Counted from the first letter of the stretch, positions 1 to 13,842 are shown. The stretch: 64,000 nucleotides of DNA from Eledone cirrhosa (GCA_964016885.1 OZ024741.1:371132001-371196000), one strand, 5' to 3'. A program made the numbers and translations. The notes: generated by a model not told the origin, from the sequence alone.

Positions 1-1333
1 CATTATTTTTGGAAGCTGTCTGGATAGTGAGATGTTTATAATTATTTTATTAGTTATAGTGTTAAGCACAGTTAGAAAAAAGACGGAGAGAAAGAAAAAA
101 CGGAGAGAGGGAAGGAGAGAGAGAGAAAAGGAATGTATGCAGAAAAGAAAGATATATATAAATAGATAGGAGGAAATGAAAAAGAAAGAAATAAGAAAGA
201 CAAAAGAAAGCAACAGAGAGATAATAATTCATCATGCAGATAGAGAAATGCAAGAGAGAGGAGGATATAGTGACAACTTTACGTCATGTCATATTAAGTT
301 GAATTAACAATTCATATGAAATGAATAATAAAAATGTAAATATCAATATTCATGAATGAGACATAGATATATAATATGAGAAAATAACATTGTTCAATAA
401 TGACTATATGTTTAGTTTAAAACCTTGAGGTCAATATACCAAAATCTGAGTTAAAACCTTCAAAAAATACCCTATTTATAAAAATACGGATACACATATG
501 TATATATATATACACGCATATGTACGTCCTGAAAAAAGAGAAAATTATGTCTACTCCAGTCAATAATATAGACATACAAATGATTTCACTTGATCATTTC
601 TATACATTTCTTGTGTTATAAAAATTTCACAGTATATATACATAAAAATACGATTAATATTTATGTCCTCATATATATGATTACCGTTCATGTATTTAAT
701 ATTATGCATATCTGCAACACACATCAACATATACACACACATCATACATACACATACATATGTATAAATAAATATCTGCGTGAGTTTTCCAGCATCGTTA
801 TGCATATATACAGACATACATACGAACACATAAATATATAAACTCTATAAACCTTTTATATGCATGTTAATACACACAAATGGTCTTTGTATAGAGATAA
901 TCAAATATCAATATATTAATACAGAAACATCAAAGCATTAAATATCTTTAACACACTATAGAGTATCTCAAGTTAAAATAATATGTTTTATATATTTATT
1001 ATAGAAATCTATCCTACCTATATCTCAACCAAGATATTGCAAGGGTAGACATATGAAAGTTATTAGAAGCTATCAGAGTAAAAAAACAAATAAAAAAACA
1101 AAAATAATTTAAAAGATTTAGAAAACCCAGTGATTCTACGGATGCCCTTATATTTAGTATAGAAATTTATCTTACGTAAATTTTATTTAATACATTGGGA
1201 GCATATACATTTTAGAGTAGTTTATTATATCCTTGTTTATATTTAGGAAGAAAGTTTAAAAAGAAAAAGGTGAAGGAATCTAATGATTTATCGTCAGGTT
1301 TCATATATTAACTAAATTTCTTAATTAATTATA

Positions 1334-3279
1334 CTACATTTTAAATTTATATTTATATTTAAACGTTGAGTTCAATCTATGTCTGCAGCAACTGAATAAA
1401 TTGCTCCTTAAATTAAGGGAATTTTTGGACTTTAATATAAAGAATATTTCTTCTATACAAAGATCACAACTCTCTGATGAGGAATTAAAAGGAATACCTT
1501 TTGAGACAATATTCCAAATCATCGAATATTTAACATTATCTCGTTTAAGGTGCCAGAGTAGGCTAGATAGCGAAGTTGAGGATTTTTTGTTTGGATCTGT
1601 GAAAGAATTCTTATGATTATTGAAGCGAAGTTTAAATTCTGTCGAGGTGGAACCAACATAGTTGAAAGAATTTAAATTAGTTTTAACATTACAATTGTAC
1701 ACTACATTTTTAGCTAAGCAGTTGTTATTTAACGGACAGTTAGATTTATTTCTACAGTTACAGTTATTTAATTGAATATTGTTTGGGATATTATTGGTAT
1801 TTTGGTTAGATTTTAAATTCCTATTAATTCTGTTAATATTTTGTGCTAAATTTTTGGTGGACGAGTAAGTTAATTTTATAGTGTGTCTATTAAAAATTGA
1901 GTGATATTTATGTGTTCTAGGGAAGCGTTTGTCAAGAGCATTAAAGAATAGTTTAGCAATATGGGTTTTAATATTTAGTGAGAAAGGGGGGGCAAACCAT
2001 AATATATTTCTAGTTCTATTTCTTTTTCGGCTTTTGGAATTATTGTAATGTTTTCTATTATAGTTGTTAAAGTTGTTAACGTAATTAAAATTGTTATTAT
2101 TTTGGTTAGTTTGCTTATTATTATTGATGTATTTAATTTTATCTCTATATCCTGCTCTAGCTAATGCTTCATTGTAATACTGCGCTTTTTCATCAAAAAT
2201 ATTTTTATTAGATGAAATTCTTGAAATTCGTTCTTGAACAGAGTTCACTATAGTATTTTTAACAGATCTGGGGTGATTAGAGTTAAAATTGACATAATTC
2301 AAGTTCTCATTTAGTTTGTGAAATGGATAGTGAAGACATGTGTTGAGATTTAGTGTTACATCCAGAAAATTGACTATTCTATGGTTATTCTCTATTTCTA
2401 TTTTTAGATTAAGGTAATTAAAAAAGTTCACAGCTATTATTTTCAATAAGTAAAAGCATGTCATCACGATATAATCCTCCGGTTACACCTGGTATTTTTC
2501 TATGTCGCGAATTAATTATAAATAGGCCCACAAGGTCCGTTACCTGAGCTGAGTCAGATGATCCCATAGTTATGTCGAAATTATTATCTCTATCTGCCCT
2601 AGTCCATAGTTGGTTATTAAATTCTATCAATGTTTTCCTTGCCGATAATATAATGTGCATTTCATTGCTAGTTAGATCGGTATGTTTAAATGCGTAATTT
2701 AGTGCCTTATTCAGTAGATTAGGAGTGATAGATGAATAGTAGTTAGCAATATCAAGCTGAATAAACTTATTATTATAGTTATATTTAATTCCTTTAAACC
2801 ACTCAATAACCTCACCAGTCCCCTTCCATAACTTTAAGTAAGGTAAATTATGTAAGTTTTTAATTTGTTGTATTATCCTGTCTAGAATGTTTTTGCTAAG
2901 TTTTCCCAGGTCAGATTTTGATGGTGCAATCAATCTGACTGGCAAATCATTTTCAAAGTTTCTTTTGTGATCTTTCATATTGATCTTGGGTTTCCTAGGC
3001 ATGAAGGGTTGTGTTTTATTCTCAATGTCTAATTCATGCATATTACAAGATGCCTCTGTATTCATTTTTTCCAGTTCATCCTTACTAGCTACCTTGTACT
3101 TTTTCCTTAGTTCTTTCAATATAAGGCCGTTATACATGTCCTTTTGTACTCCATAAAGGTTATTAGTTTTGTCCGATTTCACTAAGATCTTCTCTGTTTT
3201 TTCCAAGCTTTCAATATTATCCTTAATGCATCTTAAATAGTCCTGGCCTTTGAAGTTTCTCTTGAATTTGATGCCTTGG
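1334..3279 (-). pseudogene. Penelope-like RT / zinc-knuckle linker / GIY-YIG endonuclease ORF, broken by a frameshifting deletion near 2430
   Basis: RT motifs [40 protein letters not shown]; thumb SNHP; CNCRNKSNCPLNNNC; VVY..YVGST..FKLR; C-terminal CDLC..CCRH. About 10 codons are missing between YRDD and VNFLD relative to the element at 5737. Confidence 0.9.
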
Positions 3280-3373
3280 ATTATAAACATCTCACTATCC
3301 AGACAGCTTCCCAAAATAATGGTCGCATTTAATAGAGTACGTCAAAATTATTTATAAAACTGTTTATATATTG

Positions 3374-3438
3374 TATTTTGTCTGATGAAGGCATACCATA
3401 TTTTAATTTGGTATCCCTGAAATATGTATAATGAAATA
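3374..3438 (+). ncRNA. Type I minimal hammerhead ribozyme motif (inverted pLTR)
   Basis: Stem I tattttgt/atgaaata; CTGATGA 3382-3388; stem II agg-c-atacca/tggtat-c-cct; GAAA 3419-3422; near-palindromic stem III ATATGTAT; AUA cleavage triplet. Confidence 0.8.
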
Positions 3439-3480
3439 AATATGGTTTTATAAATATAGTTTCCATTTATTTAATATCGT

Positions 3481-3529
3481 ATATATATATATATATATAT
3501 TTATATATTTATATATTTATATATATATA

Positions 3530-3604
<75 letters not shown>

Positions 3605-3733
3605 ATTTATATATATATATATTTATATATATATATATTTATATATATATATATTTATATATATATATATTTATATATATATATATTTATATATATATAT
3701 ATTTATATATATATATATTTATATATATATATT

Positions 3734-3823
<90 letters not shown>

Positions 3824-3830
3824 TATATAT
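3481..3830. repeat. (TA)n microsatellite with TTTA interruptions
   Basis: Direct reading. Confidence 0.98.
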
Positions 3831-4971
3831 AGAATAAGTAAAAGCGAAGTAGTTTCAGATGTTCAAGTCCTTTAATAATAATGCTGTGATATATATTTCA
3901 ATGACGACACTGGCCACACTGTTCTGTGTGCGAGTGTCGTGACATCATCAGACAGCTTGTTACAAAATAAGGTTGTTTCCGAGGCAATCCAAATTGAATT
4001 GACATGGGAACGGATGAAGTTCGTGCTTTTGGGTTTTTCATCCGTTCCCTTGTGAGTACCAATACACCCCCACCGGTCTGCGCAAGCGCATGTCCGAAGG
4101 AAGTTGACCATTAGCACGCAGATTTCAACGAAATTCGCTGTTAGTGGCCCACCTATGCCTTGCCAAAGTTTACTGCTACCATCGCTACTGTGGCAGTCAG
4201 CCGAAAGCCAGAGGGGATGGGAGGGTGTTAGTTTTTATAGGTCATAATACTACCTTTCACTAAGCGTTGACAGTAAGACTGACCATCAACTCATAAGGTA
4301 AAATAAACTTAATTCTAGGTACTATGGTTTTACATAGGAAGTTAAGAGTGAGAGTTGGGAATAAAAATTAAAATTAAAGGTTAAAATCCTAAATCAAATA
4401 TCAGAGATTATAAATTAAACAATAAAGAATTCAAAAATTCTAAATTCAAAAAATGTTTCAAGTGATAATTCGGATTAAGTAAAGATATACATTGAGTGAG
4501 TAAATAATATGGAGAGAGATGTTTAAGTAATATGTTCTGGGAGGGATTCTAGTGTTACAGATATTGAACGGCAGTGCCGGACCTTATAACGGAGGGCAAA
4601 CCACATGGAACAGAGTCAAAGAAAAACAGACAAAAAGTACACAAAAGAAAAGAAAAGAACAGAGACAATAGTGAATAAATGCAAAAACACGGAGTACATA
4701 TATGTAAAATGATCCATATGATTGTCCATCTGTCCATGTATAGATTGAATTGAGGGGGCCTCTGTTCAGAAGCGATTTGGTGCAGGAAAATAGGGGTTTA
4801 TCTTATTTTTTGTTTCCGCGTATTTATCCTGCCGAAAGATACTATTACGCCCGTCCAGTGTCGGGGTTTTTCATCCCCATGGTAGAGGGGATTTCCGGGG
4901 TAGCTCTTGGTTGGTTCCTCTCTTCTCCACCATATCTATTACATCATAGAGCGCTCAACTAATCGGAGCTT
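3831..4971 (-). mobile_element. Probable solo Penelope-like 3'UTR/pLTR fragment between (TA)n tracts
   Basis: Non-coding, flanked by (TA)n on both sides, carries a hammerhead near its 3' end and several hairpins. Confidence 0.55.
3883..3956 (-). ncRNA. Type I hammerhead ribozyme motif
   Basis: Minus strand: gctgt CTGATGA tgtc-acgacact..agtgtcgt-catt GAAA tatatat C acagc; palindromic stem III ATATATAT; AUC triplet. Confidence 0.85.
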
Positions 4972-5736
<765 letters not shown>

Positions 5737-7086
5737 TCGGCGGAAATAACTGATATTGTGGGGTTATTTATCGCCTTTAGACTCCAGGAAAAATTCAGCA
5801 ATCTCCACGGCGGAATATACCGCGACGATGTTCTCCTCCTAGCTAAAAACCTTAATAACCAAAAACTAGAAAAACTACGCAAAGATATAAGAAAACTACT
5901 ACTCGAAATAGGACTAACTATAACATATGAATACAACCTTAAAGTAGTTAACTTCCTGGATGTCACACTCAATTTAAACTCTGGTTTGATTAAACCGTTT
6001 CATAAATTGAATGAAAATCTCAAATACGTAAACGTTGGGTCTAACCACCCCTTCTCTATAATTAAATCTATCCCTAAAAATATTTCCCTTAGAATCTCGG
6101 GTCTATCTTCTAACATACAAGTATTTAAGGAACACGCCGAGTACTACGATAACGCCCTTAGTAAAGCAGGCTACCTCAACAAAATAGAGTACATAGATGG
6201 GAACAATAAAAACACCCAAAATAAATCCCACATAGGTAGATATAATAACACAACACCAAACCACACTTACTACCATAGTATGCACACCAGTAAACCAACA
6301 AACAAAACTAATAGAAAGCGATGCAAAGAGTACTTATGGTATAACCCCGAATACAATAGCTCCATTAGTACAAATTTACCAGTACTCTTCTTTAAAATAA
6401 TTAAAAGACATTTTCCCACATCACACAAATACCACAAAATCCTAAACCCTACCACTATAAGACTGTCATACTCTACAGCGTTAAACCTTGAACAACACAT
6501 AAAAAAGATCAATACTAGAAGGTTAAACGAAAACACTAAGAACTTAAGTACAAAGAACCCCCAAAAAACAGTAGACAATACACTACAGAACATAAATAAA
6601 CCACACCTAAGTTCGTCCGCAATACTACTCCAGAGAAAACCCAACGTACACAACTGTAACTGCACCTATCCTGACAACTGCCCCCTCGGCAATAACTGCC
6701 TGGAAAAAAATATTATTTATAAGTGTACCATTAAATCCGGAGGCAACGAGTGGTATTACGTGGGATCAACGGCAACAACGTTTAAATCTCGATTGTATAG
6801 GCATTCTTACTCAATAAAACACCAGAGCCAAAGAAATGTAACAACTCTAGCAGAAAAAGCTTGGACGCTCAGGGATAGCGATCAAAAGTTTACCCTAAAA
6901 TGGGAAAAATTAGCTAAAACCCAAAGCTTTTCCAGGAGCCAAAATTTCTGCAAATTGTGTAATCTTGAGATTTATTACATAATCACACACAAGAAGAAAC
7001 TGCTGAATAACAGAATTGAACGAACATTATTCTGCCGTCACAGAACTAAAACCCTTTTTTCCCACTACAAGCCGAATATTACATAA
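5737..7086 (+). CDS. C-terminal RT, zinc-knuckle linker and GIY-YIG endonuclease of a Penelope-like element (5'-truncated, open frame)
   Basis: [65 protein letters not shown]. Confidence 0.9.
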   Translation, partial: SAEITDIVGLFIAFRLQEKFSNLHGGIYRDDVLLLAKNLNNQKLEKLRKDIRKLLLEIGLTITYEYNLKVVNFLDVTLNLNSGLIKPFHKLNENLKYVNVGSNHPFSIIKSIPKNISLRISGLSSNIQVFKEHAEYYDNALSKAGYLNKIEYIDGNNKNTQNKSHIGRYNNTTPNHTYYHSMHTSKPTNKTNRKRCKEYLWYNPEYNSSISTNLPVLFFKIIKRHFPTSHKYHKILNPTTIRLSYSTALNLEQHIKKINTRRLNENTKNLSTKNPQKTVDNTLQNINKPHLSSSAILLQRKPNVHNCNCTYPDNCPLGNNCLEKNIIYKCTIKSGGNEWYYVGSTATTFKSRLYRHSYSIKHQSQRNVTTLAEKAWTLRDSDQKFTLKWEKLAKTQSFSRSQNFCKLCNLEIYYIITHKKKLLNNRIERTLFCRHRTKTLFSHYKPNIT

Positions 7087-7403
7087 AAGAGGGACATCCC
7101 CCAACTATATAAACCTTAATCTAGTTAGAAAAATATAAAAACAATCTCTTCTCAACATATATTAATAACCTTAAATTACCATACTAATAATGAAAAGATA
7201 TGCTGATGAGAATAGGTACAAATATGCGATAATGAATGTGTCTAAAGACGTCCATAAGTATGTATATATATGTGAAAATGTATATAAATAAGTAAATATA
7301 TATATATGTTTGATGTGTATAGTTAGATGTAAGTGTATTCATGTATTAAAGTGCTTATATATATATATATATATGTATATGTGTGTATGTGTGTGTATGT
7401 GTA

Positions 7404-7449
<46 letters not shown>

Positions 7450-7454
7450 TATAT

Positions 7455-7492
<38 letters not shown>

Positions 7493-8042
7493 GTGTATAT
7501 GGATGTGTATGTATGTGTATGTGTGTACACATGGACTAGAGTATGTATGTATATATGTGTGTGTCTATACGTGTGTATATAAAGATAAGTTGAGTATGAA
7601 AATGTATACACATGAGCGCGTATGTATGTACATAAATACATGTGTGTATATATGTGTATGCATGTGTATATATATGTAAGTATGAATATGTGAATTGTGT
7701 GTATATGTATTTTGTAGAGGTGTGCAAATATATTTGTGTGTGAATGCGTGGGTGAAAGGATACGTACACTTGAAAGAAAAATTTAAGTCTGAATGTTAAT
7801 TAAGTGCAAACACAAAACCAACCACGCATATCTTCACTATCTCTAATCCTTCTATAGATTTAGAAAAATAACCAATAATATATTCTATAAAAAATGTCAA
7901 AACAACAGATGGGAATCTAATTACTCACTGCCACCAAGAATTCTCACTGCTATCGAAAAACCACTCCTTCAACTATTCTTCTAACAACTTCACCCCTCCC
8001 TCCTAATATTCTCTATAAAAACTAAATAGGTCCTCAGTAATA

Positions 8043-8159
8043 TTATTCTGATGAAATGACAGTAAATAATAACATTGAAATATTGAATGTCTGCATAACT
8101 AAAAGTTTGTAGATAGCTGTTTTAGGTTATGTAACTGTTATAGAAACACGTGTCAATAA
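8043..8159 (+). ncRNA. Type I hammerhead ribozyme motif with long branched stem II
   Basis: ttatt CTGATGA(8048-8054) a atgacagt .. actgttat a GAAAC acgt GTC aataa; palindromic stem III ACACGTGT. Confidence 0.8.
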
Positions 8160-8197
8160 ATTCCTTTCAACTAAACTGTATCCATTCAAATCTTTCT

Positions 8198-8363
8198 ATA
8201 TTTATATATATATATTAATATATATATATTTATATATATATATTTATATATATATATTTATATATATATATTTATATAATATATATTTATATATATATAT
8301 TTATATATATTTATATATATATATTTATATATATATTTATATATATATATTTATATATATATT

Positions 8364-8396
<33 letters not shown>

Positions 8397-8525
8397 TTAT
8401 ATATATATATATATTTATATATATATTTATATATATATATATATTTATATATATATTTATATATATATTTATATATATATTTATATATATATATATATAT
8501 TTTTATATATATATTTATATATATT

Positions 8526-8557
<32 letters not shown>

Positions 8558-8607
8558 TATATATATATATTTATATATATATATTTATATATATATATAT
8601 ATTTATA
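8198..8607. repeat. (TA)n microsatellite
   Basis: Direct reading. Confidence 0.97.
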
Positions 8608-8648
8608 AGAGAGTATTGAAGTTTGCTTGAAGCATTGTGGAACAATAA

Positions 8649-9047
8649 GTAAATATCTTTAAGTCGTTTGGAAGCCTCGACAATGCAAATGGGTAAATCA
8701 CCGGCTAACAAGGTCCGGTGGTGGAGAGAGAGATGTAAGTGGGTGTACGTTGAGATGCGTGGTGTGTATAACATGTGTGAGATGTGAAGAATGAAGGGAA
8801 GAGTATAAAGGATAAAAATAAAAATAAAAATAACAACACAAGAGAGAGTTACCTTGGGAGAGATTTAATATATTAATAAATTATCCTTTATACTCTTCCC
8901 TTCATTCTACACATCTCACACATGTTATACACACCACGCATCTCAACGTACACCCACTTACATCTCTCTCTCCACCACCGGACCTTGTTACCCGGAGATT
9001 TACCCATTTGCATTGTCGAGGCTTCTAAACGACTTAAAGATATTTAC
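8649..9047. repeat. ~167-bp inverted repeat (8649-8815 / 8881-9047) with 65-bp spacer
   Basis: Arms are reverse complements with only a few mismatches; the ORF track gives the same peptide on both strands. Confidence 0.95.
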
Positions 9048-10093
<1,046 letters not shown>

Positions 10094-13003
10094 GTCCTTG
10101 TAGGAAAAAGCCAGTGCTACAAATTTTTCTGGGTGGGAAATGACGATGGGATGGGTGGTGTAGGTATACTATTAGCTGACAAGTGGGTAGATAAAGTAAT
10201 CTCAGTGTACAGGGTAAATGCAAGAATCATTAAACTCAGACTAGTCCTGAATAAGACAATTACCACAATAATATCAGCTTACGCACCCCAATCGGGGCTG
10301 CCAGACGAACTTAAGGATAGGTTTTACGAGTCCCTAATACACACTACTGCTCTAACAGACGACAAGGACTTCCTAATCATTGCAGGAGATTTTAACGGAC
10401 ACGTAGGTAAACACTGCGACGGCTTCAATAGAGTACATGGAGGCCATGGAGTTGGCACAAGGAATGAGGAAGGATTCAGACTTCTAGAATTCTGCGACGC
10501 CAATGACATGTCGATATGTAACACAAACTTTAAAAAACCCGACAACCACCTGATCACCTATAGATCAGGGGAGCACTCTAGTCAGTTAGATTTTATCCTC
10601 ATCAGAGGACGTGACAGATGGACGGTCGTAAACACAAAAGCCTTCCCTAGTGAGGAATGTACATCCCAACATAGCTTAGTTGTCAGCGACCTCACGGTCA
10701 GAACTAGACGAGCCCTGAAACAGAGGCCAACCTGGAGAAGAAAGATCTGGAAGCTGAAAGTCCCCTCAACCAGTAACAGATTTAAAGATATTTTACTCAA
10801 CGCCTACGACAGTAAAGAAGAACAGATAGAGACATTTAACGTAGAAGAGAACTGGGAGTTCCTAAAAAATAACTTACTAGAGGCGACGGATGAGGTTTGT
10901 GGCTGGAGTAAGACCTCAAGCAGGAGGAGAGTGACTTGGTGGTGGAACAATAAGGTAGATGAAGCAGTCAAGGCCAAGAGACAGGCATGGAAAGAATGGA
11001 AGAACGGGGGGAGCAGGGTACATTACATAGAGACCAAGAGGGAAGCTAGGCGACAAGTATACTTAGCTAGGAGGGAAGCAGAGGATAGAAAATTCAAGCA
11101 TGTTTTACAACGTGAGGACCAGAAACAGGAGGTATTCAAGATTGCGAGGCAGTGTGTCAGAGATAGTTGTGATGTCATTGGAGAGAAGTGTATCCGGAAT
11201 GATAAAGGTGAGCTTGCCCTCACAAGTGCTGAGAAGAAAGATGCATGGAAGAGTCATTATGATAGATTACTAAATGAGGAGAATGCATGGGAAGAAGAGA
11301 CCCTACCCCACGTAGACCCTATAGAGGGACCAGCAGTACAAGTCAGCGGCAGCGTAGTAAGTAAGGCAATCAGAGATATGAAGATAGGGAAGGCAACCGG
11401 TCCATCGGGTATAGCTGCCGAGATGCTGAAGGCATCTGGGTCTGTAGGTCACACTATAACCACACGTATCGTTAACCAGGTAATACTAGAGGGGGCCATA
11501 CCAAAAGATTGGTGCAGTAGCATCATTGTCAACTGCTACAAAGGTAAAGGCGATGCACTAGATAGAGGAAACTATAGAGGTATAAAGTTGATGGACCAGG
11601 TCATGAAAGTAACAGAAAGAGTTATAGCACAGCTGATTAGGGACCGGGTGAATATAGACGAGATGCAATTTGGGTTTGTTCCAGGGAAAGGCACCACTGA
11701 TGCGCTCTTCCTTGTGAGGCAATTACAGGAAAAGTACCTAGCTAAAAGTAAGCCACTCTACTTGGCATTTGTCGACCTTGAGAAAGCCTTTGACAGAGTT
11801 CCACGTGCAGTAATCTGGTGGGCTCTTAGAAAACTAGGAGTAGATGAATGGCTTGTGAAAGCGGTACAAGCCATGTATAGGGGAGCAGTCAGCAAAGTTA
11901 GGATTGGCAATGAGTATAGCGAGGAATTTAGCGTACAGGTTGGGGTCCACCAGGGCTCTGTTCTTAGCCCTCTCCTGTTCATCATAGTCCTGCAGGCAAT
12001 AACGGAGGAGTTTAAGACCGGATGCCCATGGGAACTCCTGTATGCTGATGACCTCGCACTCATAGCTGAATCTATGGTAGAACTAGAGAATAAATTCCAA
12101 ACCTGGAAGCAGGGACTAGAGAGAAAGGGCCTCAAAGTCAACATGACAAAGACTAAGGTCCTTATAAGTAGACGAGAAAACAGAACCCAGATCCCCTCAG
12201 GGAAATGGCCTTGCTCAGTATGTAGGAAAGGTGTAGGTAGGAACTCCATTCTCTGCCCCAAATGCAAACAATGGGTACACAAGAGATGTAGCGGGATCTC
12301 AGGAAGCTTAATTAAGAATGTAGGATTCACATGCAGCAGCTGTGCTGAAACAGCAAGCAAACAGCCACAGGAAACAAGTACCACCAATCTCTGGGAGGGC
12401 CCTGTAGAAACAGTAGACAGCTTCTGCTACCTAGGTGACCGAATTAGCAACGGAGGTGGGTGCTCAGAAAGTACAATAACTAGGGTAAGAACGGGATGGA
12501 AGAAGTTTAGGGAACTACTACCACTGCTAGCTGCAAAAGGCTTCTCCCTCAGAATGAAAGGCAGACTGTATGATGCGTGTATCCGAACAGCGATGTTGCA
12601 TGGTAGTGAGACCTGGGCGCTGAAGGTGGAAGACTTACGTAGATTAGAGAGAAACGAAGCCTGCATGCTCCGATGGATGTGTAACAGTAATATACGTGAA
12701 CGACAAAGCATAAATGAATTGAGAGAGAGACTGAGCATAAGAGGAATCAAATGCTGCGTGCAGGAGAGGCGGTTACGCTGGTATGGACATGTGATGCGTA
12801 TGAAGGATGACAGCTGCATAAAAAGGTGCAGAGCACTAGAAGTTGATGGAAACCGCGGAGTGGGGAGACCCAAGATGGCTTGGGATGAGGTGATAAAAGC
12901 CGACCTTACCCAACTACACCTCTCAAAGTCAATGACACACGACCGTGACTTCTGGCGTCACGCAGTAATACAGGGTACTCGACCTCCCATGGGTACATGC
13001 TGA
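10094..13003 (+). CDS. RTE ORF: APE endonuclease (N-terminus missing) + reverse transcriptase with internal PHD-type finger; uninterrupted
   Basis: [26 protein letters not shown]; [49 protein letters not shown]. Confidence 0.95.
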   Translation, partial: VLVGKSQCYKFFWVGNDDGMGGVGILLADKWVDKVISVYRVNARIIKLRLVLNKTITTIISAYAPQSGLPDELKDRFYESLIHTTALTDDKDFLIIAGDFNGHVGKHCDGFNRVHGGHGVGTRNEEGFRLLEFCDANDMSICNTNFKKPDNHLITYRSGEHSSQLDFILIRGRDRWTVVNTKAFPSEECTSQHSLVVSDLTVRTRRALKQRPTWRRKIWKLKVPSTSNRFKDILLNAYDSKEEQIETFNVEENWEFLKNNLLEATDEVCGWSKTSSRRRVTWWWNNKVDEAVKAKRQAWKEWKNGGSRVHYIETKREARRQVYLARREAEDRKFKHVLQREDQKQEVFKIARQCVRDSCDVIGEKCIRNDKGELALTSAEKKDAWKSHYDRLLNEENAWEEETLPHVDPIEGPAVQVSGSVVSKAIRDMKIGKATGPSGIAAEMLKASGSVGHTITTRIVNQVILEGAIPKDWCSSIIVNCYKGKGDALDRGNYRGIKLMDQVMKVTERVIAQLIRDRVNIDEMQFGFVPGKGTTDALFLVRQLQEKYLAKSKPLYLAFVDLEKAFDRVPRAVIWWALRKLGVDEWLVKAVQAMYRGAVSKVRIGNEYSEEFSVQVGVHQGSVLSPLLFIIVLQAITEEFKTGCPWELLYADDLALIAESMVELENKFQTWKQGLERKGLKVNMTKTKVLISRRENRTQIPSGKWPCSVCRKGVGRNSILCPKCKQWVHKRCSGISGSLIKNVGFTCSSCAETASKQPQETSTTNLWEGPVETVDSFCYLGDRISNGGGCSESTITRVRTGWKKFRELLPLLAAKGFSLRMKGRLYDACIRTAMLHGSETWALKVEDLRRLERNEACMLRWMCNSNIRERQSINELRERLSIRGIKCCVQERRLRWYGHVMRMKDDSCIKRCRALEVDGNRGVGRPKMAWDEVIKADLTQLHLSKSMTHDRDFWRHAVIQGTRPPMGTC

Positions 13004-13307
13004 AGCATATAAACAATATGCCCCCCCCCCCCCACCGCAAGGTGGTCGTGGAGGTGCCACGGCAAAAAAGCACCCAGCCCACACTGTAAAGTGGACGTGT
13101 AGGCGCCACGAAAAAGCACCCAGCACTCACTGTAAATGAGGTTGGTGTTAGGAAGGGCATCCAGCTGTAGAAATCAAGCCAGATCAGTTCCTGTATGAGC
13201 AAGGCATGGTCAGCCGACCAGACACTGCCCACAACAGGACAACCCGTCTAACCCATGCTAGCGTGGAAGAACGGACGTAAAACGGTGATGATGATGATGA
13301 TGATGAT
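10094..13307 (+). mobile_element. RTE-clade LINE (family A), slightly 5'-truncated, (GAT)n tail, inserted in (TA)n
   Basis: Single APE-RT ORF; 3' UTR ends cggacgtaaaacggt(gat)n. Confidence 0.95.
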
Positions 13308-13378
13308 ATATTTATATATATTTATATATATATTTATATATATATATTTATATATATATATTTATATATATATATATT

Positions 13379-13434
<56 letters not shown>

Positions 13435-13595
13435 ATTATATATATATATTTATATATATATAATTATATATATATATTTATATATATATATATAGTTATA
13501 TATATATATTTATATATATATTTATATATATATATTTATATATATATATATATTTATATATTTATTTATATATATATATTTATATATTTATATAT

Positions 13596-13840
13596 TGTCT
13601 AAAATCTATGGCAAACTCCCTCGAGCCTCTGCCCTTCTAAAATCCCGGAGAGCTCAATTTGCTGGCCACTGTCACCGTGCCAGCAATGACTAGGAGTACG
13701 AAGCTGTCATTCCCTGATGTTATCTCTAGGGATACGGGAATCAGTAGACAGAACCTGGGGGCAGCGATGGGGGACAGGGAATTCTGGGGCATGAGAGTGA
13801 GATCCATCATCTCGACAGTAGTCGACGAGTGATGGTGATG
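13596..13840 (+). mobile_element. RTEX-like LINE 3' fragment
   Basis: Translates YGKLPRASALLKSRRAQFAGHCHR..FPDVISRDTG..AMGDREFW; ends in tgatggtgatg. Confidence 0.7.
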
Positions 13841-13842
13841 TG

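Larger units (their letters stand above)
1..3480 (-). mobile_element. Penelope-like retroelement (Naiad-type), 5'-truncated, with inverted pLTR copy at its 5' end; 3' pLTR runs off the left edge
   Basis: RT + GIY-YIG ORF at 1334-3279. Bases 1-42 are the reverse complement of 3280-3321 (1 mismatch). Hammerhead in the inverted copy; abuts a (TA)n tract. Confidence 0.85.
5737..8197 (+). mobile_element. Second Penelope-like (Naiad-type) element, 5'-truncated inside RT, inserted in (TA)n
   Basis: ORF 5737-7086, 3' UTR with an internal TA/TG tract, sense hammerhead at 8043-8159, ends in (TA)n. Confidence 0.85.

Noticed and set aside
10324-12873. Antisense ORFs over the RTE elements (also 21490-24005 and 27281-29058)
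   Set aside because: Shadow frames of the LINE ORFs with no independent motifs.
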